A stretch of 64,000 nt of DNA. It comes from Candidatus Omnitrophota bacterium. GTDB taxonomy: Bacteria; Omnitrophota; Gorgyraeia; Gygaellales; Profunditerraquicolaceae. Location of the stretch: assembly GCA_026387435.1 (NCBI GenBank), contig JAPLLS010000093.1:1059-65058 (forward strand), read 5' to 3'. Made by a program: the position numbers and the translations under genes. This document shows, in pieces, positions 38,149 through 47,500 of this stretch; the stretch's first letter is position 1, and the number at the start of each line of letters is the position of its first letter. A model generated the notes under the pieces. That model was given only the letters and a program-made list of their open reading frames with translations. It was not told the DNA's origin and made no database searches.

Positions 38149-38818
38149 AATTCCATCTATTGTTCTGGGGGTATCCTTGCTTGGTTTAATGATATTGCAT
38201 GCCGGATGCGTCAGGAGCGATATCGCTAATCTTGAATCCCGGGGTAAGAATATCGTTTGTTTCGGGGACAGTATTACCAGGGGCAAGGGGGTTAATCCTT
38301 CCGAAAGCTACCCAGCGGCGTTAGCTAAAATGACCAGTGTTCCAATAGTCAATGCAGGAATAAACGGCGACATTACTCCCGAAGCTTTGAAAAGGGTAAA
38401 GACCGATGTTCTGGACAACGATCCGTTTTTAGTAGTTATCGAATTTGGCGGCAACGATTATTTAAATAAAGTCCCCTTGGAAGAGACCATCAAAAATATC
38501 GAGGAGATGATCAAAATTATCCAGGCCCAAGGGGTAATGGTAGCAATAGTGGATATCAGCAACATTTTGTTTATGGAAGAATACCGCCAGGAATTCCAGC
38601 GGTTAAGCCATAAATACCGGACAATATTCATTCCCCGGATCCTGGATGACATAGTCTCCGACGAAAGCTTAAAAAGCGACGCTATCCATCCTAATGCCAA
38701 AGGCTACAAAATAATCGCTTACCGGGTTTACCGCGGGATTATCCCTTATATTAACCTTAATACGATCCGCCGTGGACTGCAAAAGAAGATCTTTGATTCT
38801 TCTAAAATTTTTCGGTAA
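38135..38818 (+). CDS. SGNH/GDSL-family hydrolase (arylesterase-like), secreted.
   Basis: A signal peptide, the IVCFGDSIT block I motif and a C-terminal DAIHPN DxxH motif. It overlaps the end of rlmN by 14 nt. Confidence 0.7.
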   Translation: MRKIKIPSIVLGVSLLGLMILHAGCVRSDIANLESRGKNIVCFGDSITRGKGVNPSESYPAALAKMTSVPIVNAGINGDITPEALKRVKTDVLDNDPFLVVIEFGGNDYLNKVPLEETIKNIEEMIKIIQAQGVMVAIVDISNILFMEEYRQEFQRLSHKYRTIFIPRILDDIVSDESLKSDAIHPNAKGYKIIAYRVYRGIIPYINLNTIRRGLQKKIFDSSKIFR

Positions 38819-38975
38819 CAGTTCAAGCGCGGTTTAGCTTTAAAACAGGGGAGTTGTCTGATCGTTTTGGGGGGGTAAAAAAATGCCGGTCGCCCTCAAC
38901 AGCTTTTGAGGCTGCCGCGTATGCCATTTCGCCACCTCGGCAAGAGTAATATAACTATACTATCCAAAATCTTGT

Positions 38976-39004
38976 TTGTCAATTCCGTAAATTTGGGGTA
39001 TAAT
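38976..39004 (+). promoter_or_regulatory. Sigma70-like promoter upstream of the peptidoglycan-binding lipoprotein gene.
   Basis: TTGTCA (38976-38981), a 17-nt spacer, then TATAAT (38999-39004). An AAAGGAGG Shine-Dalgarno sequence lies before ATG 39028. Confidence 0.5.
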
Positions 39005-39027
39005 GTTTTTTCTTAAAGGAGGGGTAT

Positions 39028-39426
39028 ATGTTCAGGATGAATTTATTCGTGATTATTGCAATGCTCGCGTTTGTTTCAGGCTGCGTGACTACGCCTGTCG
39101 TGAATTATTCCGGAGAAAATCAGCAGCTCAAAACGCAGGTTAATTCCCTGGAAACGCAATTGAACCAGTTAAAGCAGGAGAATTTCCAGCTGCGCCAGCA
39201 GTTGCAGCAGCAGGCTGCCGTTAAAAAAGAAGTGCGCATGCCCAATGCCTCCGAGATCCAAGCTGCTCTGAAGAAAGCCGGGTTCTATAAAGGGCCGGTA
39301 GACGGGCAGATCGGCACGCAGACCAAAGAATCGATCAAGAAATTCCAGGAAGCGAATAAGATCAATCCTGACGGGGTAGTGGGAAGCAAGACCTGGCAGT
39401 TGTTGTTGAGATATTTGGAAAAATAG
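39028..39426 (+). CDS. Lipoprotein with a coiled-coil and a C-terminal peptidoglycan-binding (PG_binding_1) domain.
   Basis: Lipobox AFVSGC, a Q-rich coiled coil, and the peptidoglycan-binding motif EIQAALKKAGFYKGPVDGQIGTQTKESIKKFQEANKINPDGVVGSKTW. Confidence 0.7.
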   Translation: MFRMNLFVIIAMLAFVSGCVTTPVVNYSGENQQLKTQVNSLETQLNQLKQENFQLRQQLQQQAAVKKEVRMPNASEIQAALKKAGFYKGPVDGQIGTQTKESIKKFQEANKINPDGVVGSKTWQLLLRYLEK

Positions 39427-39570
39427 AGGAAAATTTTCTCTCCCTCGCTTCTGCGCTCGGGGTCAAAATTTTCTTCTTGAAATATATGTGATGAAAATTT
39501 TTCTCCCCCTCGCGCTATCTGCGCTCGGGGTCAAAATTTTCTTCTATATAAAATGTTGGGAAAATTTTGA
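39411..39570 (+). repeat. Tandem copies B and C (plus a partial) of the ~70-bp intergenic repeat family. They overlap the stop of the lipoprotein gene and abut the tRNA-Ala 5' end.
   Basis: Partial unit 39411-39429, unit B 39430-39497 and unit C 39498-39570. Each carries ccctcgc(g/t)ct(a/t)tc(t/c)gcgctcggggtcaaaattttcttct... The final 'gagg' of unit C overlaps the first two nucleotides of the tRNA. Confidence 0.8.
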
Positions 39571-39646
39571 GGGGCTGTAGCTCAGTTGGGAGAGCACTTG
39601 CATGGCATGCAAGGGGTCGAGGGTTCAACTCCCTCCAGCTCCACCA
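39571..39646 (+). tRNA. tRNA-Ala (anticodon GGC).
   Basis: A 76-nt cloverleaf reads by eye: acceptor ggggctg/cagctcc with the G3:U70 Ala identity pair, D-arm gctc-agttggg-agagc, anticodon stem cttgc/gcaag with loop atGGCat, T-arm gaggg-ttcaact-ccctc, and an encoded CCA. Confidence 0.85.
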
Positions 39647-39652
39647 AAATAA

Positions 39653-39681
39653 AAAGGCGGGTAAATCCCCGCCTTTTTTAT
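39653..39681 (+). terminator. Rho-independent terminator downstream of tRNA-Ala.
   Basis: aaaaaggcggg-taaatc-cccgcctttttt forms a 6-bp GC stem followed by a T-run. Confidence 0.7.
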
Positions 39682-39724
39682 TGTAAATTGACCTTTAAAT
39701 CCGGTTGTGCTACAATTTAACATT

Positions 39725-40570
39725 ATGCTGCTTGGAGTACACGTTTCTATTGCCGGACATATCTGGGAATCGATCGACCGCGCGCAAGCGTTGGGCTGCA
39801 GCGCCATGCAGATATTTTCCCGCGACCCCAGGCAGTGGCGCAGATCCAAACTTAAAACCGAGGATATCCGGGAATTCCGGCTGCGCCGGGAAAAAAGCGG
39901 GATCAAAAAAGTTTTTATCCATATTCCATATCTGATCAACCTGGCTTCTCCGTATAATATTTTATACCAGGGCTCTTTGCGGGCTTATATTCAGGACATG
40001 AAAGAAGCCCAGGCTTTGGGGGCGGATTATATCGTCACCCATATGGGCAGCCATAAGGAATCCGGAGAGAAACAGGGGCTAAAAAGAATTATTGTCGCTT
40101 TGAATCGTATCTTGGACAAGACCAGGGATTCTGCGGTCGGGATACTTCTGGAAAATACTTCCGGTTCAGGCTCCTGGTTGGGGTATAAATTCGAACATCA
40201 GCGCTTGATCATTGATGGACTGGAAAACAAAAAGCGGGTGGGGATTTGTTTTGATACCTGCCACGCTTATACTGCGGGATATGATCTGGCCAGTCCGGAA
40301 GGCTATCTTAAGACTATTGAAAGTCTTGAGCAGACCGTCGGTCTGAAAAGATTGAAATTGGTGCACCTGAATGACAGCCGCGACGAATTAGGTTCCCACG
40401 CTGACCGCCACGAGCATATCGGCAAAGGCAAGCTTGGGCTGGAGGCGTTTCGCAGGATAGTTAATGACCCGCGGCTGGCCGAGGCAGCTTTTGTTCTGGA
40501 AACTCCGAAAGACAGCGATAGTGCCGACAAGCGTAACCTTAAGATCGTAAAAAAACTGATAAAAAAATAA
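39725..40570 (+). CDS. nfo: Endonuclease IV (apurinic/apyrimidinic endonuclease).
   Basis: MLLGVHVSIAG..., the conserved HAYTAGYD...VHLNDS metal-binding motifs and about 281 aa. An extended -10 TGTGCTACAAT lies at 39704-39714. An alternative ATG is at 39707. Confidence 0.85.
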   Translation: MLLGVHVSIAGHIWESIDRAQALGCSAMQIFSRDPRQWRRSKLKTEDIREFRLRREKSGIKKVFIHIPYLINLASPYNILYQGSLRAYIQDMKEAQALGADYIVTHMGSHKESGEKQGLKRIIVALNRILDKTRDSAVGILLENTSGSGSWLGYKFEHQRLIIDGLENKKRVGICFDTCHAYTAGYDLASPEGYLKTIESLEQTVGLKRLKLVHLNDSRDELGSHADRHEHIGKGKLGLEAFRRIVNDPRLAEAAFVLETPKDSDSADKRNLKIVKKLIKK

Positions 40571-40573
40571 ACC

Positions 40574-40966
40574 ATGGCAAATAAAAATTTAAAGATACTG
40601 GTGGTTGACGACGAAAAAGACATCGTGGAGTTCGTGGAAAGAAAGCTCCAGCAGGAGGGGTATGCAACGGTGTGCGCCTATGACGGAGAAGAAGCGCTGC
40701 TTAAGGTTAAAAGCGACAACCCGGATATGGTAATCCTGGATTTAACCATGCCTAAACTTAACGGTTTTGAGGTGTTAAAAGAAATCCGGAATAAACATAA
40801 TGACAAATGGCGTCCGGTGATCATTGTCAGCGGAAACTCGGAAATGGAATCGCTAAAAAAAGGTTATAACATGGAGGCTGACCTTTATTTGAACAAGCCC
40901 TGCGAAATGGAGAATCTGCTGCGCGGGATAAAAACCCTGACGTCATTTATACCCTTAAGGATATAA
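40574..40966 (+). CDS. Single-domain response regulator (receiver).
   Basis: ILVVDDEKDI...DMVILDLTMPKLNG...IIVSG...K is the receiver-domain pattern. Confidence 0.8.
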   Translation: MANKNLKILVVDDEKDIVEFVERKLQQEGYATVCAYDGEEALLKVKSDNPDMVILDLTMPKLNGFEVLKEIRNKHNDKWRPVIIVSGNSEMESLKKGYNMEADLYLNKPCEMENLLRGIKTLTSFIPLRI

Positions 40967-40972
40967 TAGATT

Positions 40973-43375
40973 ATGGCTGAGTATAATTTCAAAGAGATCG
41001 AGGAAAAGTGGCAGAAATACTGGCACAAGAACAAAAGTTTTAAGGCCGAAGTTTCTTCCCGACCAAAATTCTATTGCCTGGAAATGTTCCCTTATCCATC
41101 AGGGAAGATCCATATGGGGCATGTGCGTAATTATTCTATCGGCGACGTTTACAGCCGCTACAAGCTGGCGCAAGGTTTTAATGTCCTGCATCCTATGGGA
41201 TTCGACGCTTTCGGACAACCCGCGGAGAACGCGGCCATCAAGAATAAGACCAAGCCCGGCGCCTGGACCCACAAATGCATCGAGGAGATGGAGACCGAGT
41301 TAAAGAAAATGGGCTTATCTTATGACTGGGATCGGGAGGTTTCCACCTGCGACCCCGATTATTATCGCTGGAACCAGTGGATATTCATCAAGATGTTTGA
41401 AAAAGGGCTGGCCTATAAGAAAGCTTCTGGTGTGAACTGGTGCCCTTCCTGCGCCACAACCTTGGCTAATGAAGAAGTTATCGACGGCGGATGCTGGAGG
41501 TGCCATACTAAAGTTGAGCAGAAGGATCTTGATCAATGGTATTTAAAGATCACCGGGTATAAAGAAAGGCTTTTGGAAGATTTAAATCAGCTTAAGCTTT
41601 GGCCGGAGCGGGTAATTGCCATGCAAACCAACTGGATCGGCAAGAGCTCAGGCTGCGAGATCTATTTCCGGCGCAAGGATAATAACGGGGTGATCCCGGT
41701 ATTTACGACCCGGGCGGATACCATTTTTGGAGCCACCTACATCGTGCTCGCTCCGGAACATCCGACGGTCTTGGAATTGATCAAAGGCCAGCCGCAGGAA
41801 AAAGAAGTTCTTAAATTTATCGATAAAGTCAGCCAGGAAAGCAAGGTGGTCCGATCTTCGAGCGACGTGAAAAAAGAAGGGATATTTACCGGCTCCTACG
41901 CGATCAACCCGGTTAATAATGAAGTTATTCCTATCTGGGTCGCGGATTATGTTTTGATGGAATACGGCACCGGCGTGATCATGGCCGTTCCCACGCATGA
42001 CCAGAGGGATTTTTTGTTCGCCAAAGAACACGGCCTAGCCATGCGGGTAGTCATTCAGCCGTTTACGCAGCAATGCGAGTTGTGCGCCGAAGATTTGAGC
42101 GAGGCTTATGAAGGTGACGGCCGGCAGATCAATTCCGCCCAGTTCAACGGCCTGCCTAATCTGGAAGGCAAAGCGGCGATCGCTGAGTGGATGGAGAAAA
42201 CCAGGATCGGCAAGATCCAGACCCACTGGCGGCTGCGCGATTGGCTGATCTCCCGCCAGCGTTACTGGGGCACACCCATTCCCATGATTTACTGTGATAA
42301 ATGCGGGGTTGTTTCCGTGGCTTATGAGGATCTGCCGGTTGAGCTGCCCAAGGATGCGCCGTTTACCGGTGAAGGCGGCAGCCCTTTAGGTAAAGTTAAA
42401 GAATTTGTAGATTGCTTTTGCCCGAAATGTAAAGCCAAAGCCCGCCGGGAAACCGATACCATGGCTACTTTCTTCGATTCTTCCTGGTATTTTTTAAGAT
42501 ATTGTTCCCCGGAATTCACAAATGGGCCTTTTGAGGTCAAAGACGCTAAATACTGGATGCCTGTCGATCAATATATCGGGGGGATCGAACACGCTATTCT
42601 ACATTTGTTATATTCCCGCTTTTTTACCAAATTTTTCAAAGATCTGGGAATGATCGACTTTGACGAGCCTTTTACTAAACTTCTGACCCAGGGCATGGTT
42701 TTAAAAGACGGCGAAGTGATGTCCAAATCCCGCGGCAATATCGTCGATCCGGATTCTATGATCCAGAGATACGGGGCGGATACTTTGCGGCTGTTCATGC
42801 TTTTTGCCGCCCCGCCGGAGACAGAGCTGGAATGGGATGATCGGGGCATGGATGGCGCGTTTAAGTTCCTTAACCGGGTCTGGAGGATCCAGGATAATCT
42901 TAAAGATAAAGCTGATGAGCCTGTTGTGCGCAGCCTGCACAAGGCCATTAAAAAGATCAGCGAAGACATGGAAGCTTTTAAATTCAACACCGCCATTGCT
43001 TCGATGATGGAACTGGTCAATGCCATCTATCAATCCGGAGCGGATAAAGAGGTCTACTCGAAATTGATCATCATGCTCAGCCCTATCGCTCCTCATTTTT
43101 GCGAAGAGCTCTGGCAGAACCTGGGCAACCAGGGATCGATCATCAAAGCCGGCTGGCCGAAATTTGACCAGAAATTACTAGTTGAAGATACTGTTGAGAT
43201 GCCTGTTCAGATCAATGGAAAGGTCCGCTCAAAAATCTCTTTTCCTACTAACGCTTCAGTTGAAATTATCCAGGCCATTGTGGCTAAAGACGAAAAAGTC
43301 CAACAGTGGATTCAAGCTAAGCCCATCAAGAAATTCATCGTCGTCCCCAATAAAATCGTTACCATCGTAGTTTAA
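40973..43375 (+). CDS. leuS: Leucine--tRNA ligase.
   Basis: The HIGH variant PYPSGKIHMGHVRNY, the KMSKS motif as MSKSRGN, a CP1 editing domain and 800 aa. Confidence 0.95.
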   Translation: MAEYNFKEIEEKWQKYWHKNKSFKAEVSSRPKFYCLEMFPYPSGKIHMGHVRNYSIGDVYSRYKLAQGFNVLHPMGFDAFGQPAENAAIKNKTKPGAWTHKCIEEMETELKKMGLSYDWDREVSTCDPDYYRWNQWIFIKMFEKGLAYKKASGVNWCPSCATTLANEEVIDGGCWRCHTKVEQKDLDQWYLKITGYKERLLEDLNQLKLWPERVIAMQTNWIGKSSGCEIYFRRKDNNGVIPVFTTRADTIFGATYIVLAPEHPTVLELIKGQPQEKEVLKFIDKVSQESKVVRSSSDVKKEGIFTGSYAINPVNNEVIPIWVADYVLMEYGTGVIMAVPTHDQRDFLFAKEHGLAMRVVIQPFTQQCELCAEDLSEAYEGDGRQINSAQFNGLPNLEGKAAIAEWMEKTRIGKIQTHWRLRDWLISRQRYWGTPIPMIYCDKCGVVSVAYEDLPVELPKDAPFTGEGGSPLGKVKEFVDCFCPKCKAKARRETDTMATFFDSSWYFLRYCSPEFTNGPFEVKDAKYWMPVDQYIGGIEHAILHLLYSRFFTKFFKDLGMIDFDEPFTKLLTQGMVLKDGEVMSKSRGNIVDPDSMIQRYGADTLRLFMLFAAPPETELEWDDRGMDGAFKFLNRVWRIQDNLKDKADEPVVRSLHKAIKKISEDMEAFKFNTAIASMMELVNAIYQSGADKEVYSKLIIMLSPIAPHFCEELWQNLGNQGSIIKAGWPKFDQKLLVEDTVEMPVQINGKVRSKISFPTNASVEIIQAIVAKDEKVQQWIQAKPIKKFIVVPNKIVTIVV

Positions 43376-43551
43376 TTGTATCCATCCTTGGGGCGGGTAA
43401 GAAGAAACCGCTTTCAAATTCCGCCCTTGCCCGTCTTGAAAACTACTCTATATATTATATACTTATTATATAAGGTTGAGAGACTCTAGTGCCTTCCAGC
43501 TGGTTACTGGGAGGTCTCTTTTTCTCCACAAAACAAAAAGTTTGTAAAAGT

Positions 43552-44580
43552 ATGATCAATCGGATTTTAGCATTTCTAATTTCGTTTTGTCTTATCTTCG
43601 AGCAGACCGGGTTTGCCCAGCTGGCTATTCCTATAGGCATACCCGGATATTTGAGTTTGCTGGCTCCGGTCGCCGATAAATTCCGGCCGATCCATCTGCG
43701 TTCCATTGATCTTAGCTCCGGTAATGGTAATTTCGAACTCATCCTGGACAAAGGCGACCTCAAGGATATCCAGCCCCGCCAGCTGGAAGAAACGACCAAA
43801 GAACTCTACCGATATTTCCAAATAGGTTTAGCTTTACCGAACAAGTATTTCTGGGTCAACCTCAGGCCGGATTCCCCTGATAGCATGATCGAGCCTTTGC
43901 TGGCCAAGACCGATCTGGGCAAGGTGATGCTAGAAGCCGATCTGCAGCTGAAAAAAGACCTGGCCAATTTTACATCTCTCCAGACTCCGGAAGGCAAACT
44001 TTACTGGGACAAACTTTACTCTAAAGCCAGCGAGCTTTACAACCAGCAGGATATCCAAATTCCCACCTTGACCCGTCCCTGGATCGTTCCCGGAGAAGTG
44101 GTGATTCGCTCTAGCCAAACCGGGGCTTTTGTTTACAAGGCTACGCTTAAGGTAATGCTGGAGCAGGACTATATCAAAGATTCCCCGGCGTATAATTTTA
44201 ACGACCCCCGGCTAAAAGAACTCAATGGTTATTCCTCTCAGCTTATCCGCGAACTGATCATTCCCAAGCTGACCCGGGAAGTCAATTCTTCCCGGCGCTA
44301 CTCGCAATTGCGCCAGGTTTATTATTCGTTGATCCTGGCCCAGTGGTTTAAGTCGAAATCTTTTGGAGTGGCTATGGTCGAAGGTCGGGTGGCGATGGCA
44401 CAAAAGACCGATAGCCAGGACTTGAGCGGGTTGACTTCCAAAACCAGCTGGTCAAAAGACACTTATTTCCAGGCCTACAAGAAGTCGTTCCAGAAAGGCG
44501 AATACAACCAGCAGGAGCAGGTGAATTCGCTCAATGGAATATCGATCCGGCAATACACCAGCGGCGGGATCCAGATAATG
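43552..44580 (+). repeat. About 1.03 kb direct repeat (copy 1): the shared 5' module of the two giant genes.
   Basis: About 88% nucleotide identity to 58476-59504. One example of several long identical runs: cggtcgggtggcgatggcacaaaagaccgatagccaggacttgagcgggttgacttccaaaaccagctggtcaaaagacacttatt occurs in both copies. Confidence 0.85.
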
Positions 44581-47500
44581 GATCAACTGAAGATCCAGGA
44601 GATCCCGGGCAGTGTCGCTGACTTCTTCACGGGTAACCAGGAATACTTTGCCAGGTTGTCGATGAATTCCCTGACCGGTGATGTGAATATCTTACCGGCA
44701 AGTCCTGTTTTAAAATCCGGCGGAGCACAGGAGTTTGACGGCGGGAAAAAGATAAGTCAGGAATCGGAGAAGGCAAAAGACGCAAAGCGAGGTAATGATC
44801 AGGCTTTTTCCTCGGTGCGCGAAAAGTTCATGTTGTTGACCGAGGCCGAAAAGGAGGAGCTTAATCGCAGGCTTAGAGAGCTGCACCAGGATTCACTCAG
44901 TCAGACGAGTCTCAATAAAGAAGAAAGCGATCGGGAATTCTATACCATCACTATCCGCGAGCAAAGGAGATTCATCGCGGTGTTCCTGGATAAATTCTGC
45001 GCGGAGATCGATCTGGAAGTCGCGTTAAGAAAGGAAGAAGCTGCTGTCCGCACTCTCGGTTATTTATTCTCGAAGATCGCGGGGTTGTTCGCCAAATATC
45101 TATCAAAGAAGAAGGAAATAGGAAAGAACAGGCTGGAAGCGGTCAAGCGCCGGGAGATTTTCGACCGGGCCTGGCAGGAAGCAAGCCGGATCTATCTGGA
45201 CATGTTCCCGCAGCCGGAGAAAAGAACTTGGAACGCGCCTGCCAATGTGCCGGCTATCTACGCCGAGGCATACGACAAATTGCAGAGTTGTCTGACAACA
45301 GACATCCCGGCTTTATTCCTTTATTCGCTTGAGTCGCGGGACAGCCTGGACAGGGCGTTTGAGCTTTATCAACGGAATAATCCTCAGGTCATTGTTGAGC
45401 GGGTCATTTGTACGCCGGACAGCGACCGCATGCAGTTGATCGGCGCGGACATGCCGGTTAGCGCGCAGGATCGGGAATTCTCCAAAGAAAAGATACGTTT
45501 CCAGAAAGGCGTATTATACCGGTTGGTAGACCAGGCCAAGGCGGATCCTTCCAAGATTTTCGTGCTTCGATTAGAGCAGGTCGAGGCTTTGTCGGCCAAG
45601 GTCTGGGTGCAGTTGAACCAGTTCTTGCTTACGGGAGAGTTGTGGATACCCGAAACCAACGAAAAACTTATTCTTCCCGACAACCTTAAGATCGTAGCTT
45701 CCCTTTCCAGCGGCCTAAGGGACAGCGCCTTTTACGACCGCTTCCTGCGTAAGCAGTTGAATATCCCGGACAGGAAAAGCCTGGTTGATTACGCTGTGAC
45801 CAGGTTCGGACTGCCTCAGGTGTTGATAGAGGAATATTGTAATCTGCAGGCGGATAACAGCGACAAGATCACCATGGGGCAGCTTTTAGTGCTGTTTTCA
45901 TATATGAAGGGGCGGCTGGCTGATGAAAATATCAGCGCGAATTCCCAACGCGGCAGGGCGATCATCACTGAAGAACGGGATCTGTTTTTCAGATCGATGG
46001 CCAGGGGCAAGGAGAATATTTTGCTGGCAATGGGCAAAAAAGAGGAAGAACCCGGCGGAGGAAACGATCCGGATACGGAAATGCTTAATGAAGTATTGGA
46101 ATTCTCGACGGAGAACCGATTGCAAATTACAGCTGATTTCACTCCTGAAGAGATAGGGGAGATTGTACTCAAATATCCCGCTGACTGGAAGAATAAACTG
46201 AAAGAGTTGAAGCTTATAAAAGAAGAAGAACGGGATCTGTTTTTCCTGGCCCGTCGGAGCAATGAGGGTCCTCTAAAAGGAATTAATCCGGACGACGAAA
46301 CAGCAATGATGGTCCTGGAGTACGGCGGCAAGATTGGCGAAGTTTATTCCCGGATGGGAGAACTTCGCACTTATGCTGGTCTGCACAAGATAGACCTTTC
46401 ACTTGAAGAAGCCCGTGTGATCGCGATATTAGCTCCTGACCAGATAGAGGGGATTCTGAAAGGCCGGGAGGATGTTAGTGAGGTTTTGATGCTGGTTGAG
46501 ATGCGTATGGCGTTCCAGTCCGTAATAACCATTGTCCCGGGAGTAAAGAACGTTTTGGTGTTCGAGCCCAAAACCGGCCGGTTCATGGCGGATGGAGTGG
46601 AATTGCCTATTCGCTCTGAACTCAAGGACAAGATCGCCGAGGCGATGAAAACACGGGATATGGAGCAGGCGATCAGGGAAGTGTTCAAGGCTGAGCTGGG
46701 TTTGACTTTGACCCAGGACGTAGCGCGCACGCTGAGCGCTATTTCCCGTAATTACCGCTACGGCACCCGGGTCCTGCGGCTGGAAGGCCCGACCGGGACC
46801 GGCAAGACGTTCATGGCCCAGGCTTTGGCCAAGATGCTGGACATTCCTTTTTACGGAGAGCCGTTCCACGCCGCCAGCAAACAGTCGAAACTTCTGGGAG
46901 CGCTCAAGCCCGATGAGAAAGCGGATTATTACATGGATTCGGACACGCCGTTTCTGCAAATACTGGAAAAGGGCGGGGTTGTCGCGCTTTCCGAGCTTAA
47001 TGCGGCGGTAAAAGATGATAAAGCCCGCTTCGGCTGGCTGATGGTGCCTTTGGCTCGGGGTGACGAAAAGTTCATCCTTAACCAGTATCCTGACGGTAAA
47101 GAAACGACGCGGGAACTGACCCGCCATCCGGATTCAATGGTGATCATCGATATCAACCCCACGGAATCATACGAGGCCCGCGGCCAACTTCCGGGTCCGC
47201 TTAATGAAGTTACTCCCGCGGTCTGGGTGGAAGGCAGGTTCGAGTCTCAAGAACTCGAGGATATTTCCGGCGATTATCTCGCCGGCCTCGCGCAGGAAGA
47301 TCTTGACTATTACCGCGGAAAGATCGCCGGCCTGCATTTCGCGATACAACAGGAGCTGGCGGATGAGGATGGCCCGTGGCGGCAGGAGGAAAAAGAGAAG
47401 CGCGAGAAATTCGGAGGCGTAGATATTACCCAGATGCTTAAGGCAGGGCGTATGTCGCCGATGAAGGCAATGAAGGTCTTCGGTCCAATGTTCGGGGTTA

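Noticed and set aside
39411-39570. Possibility that the tandem ~70-bp repeats are a CRISPR array.
   Set aside because: There are only about 2.3 contiguous units with no unique spacers between them. The units are ~70 bp, not the 28-37-bp repeat plus spacer pattern. The same unit recurs 4.5 kb away as a single copy. The region is better described as a promoter-bearing intergenic repeat.
43381-43420. Intrinsic terminator after leuS.
   Set aside because: gggcgg...ccgccc can pair, but the loop is about 25 nt and no U-tract follows. It is not convincing as a rho-independent terminator. The AT-rich stretch 43420-43550 more likely holds the giant gene's promoter, but no clean -35/-10 pair could be fixed.
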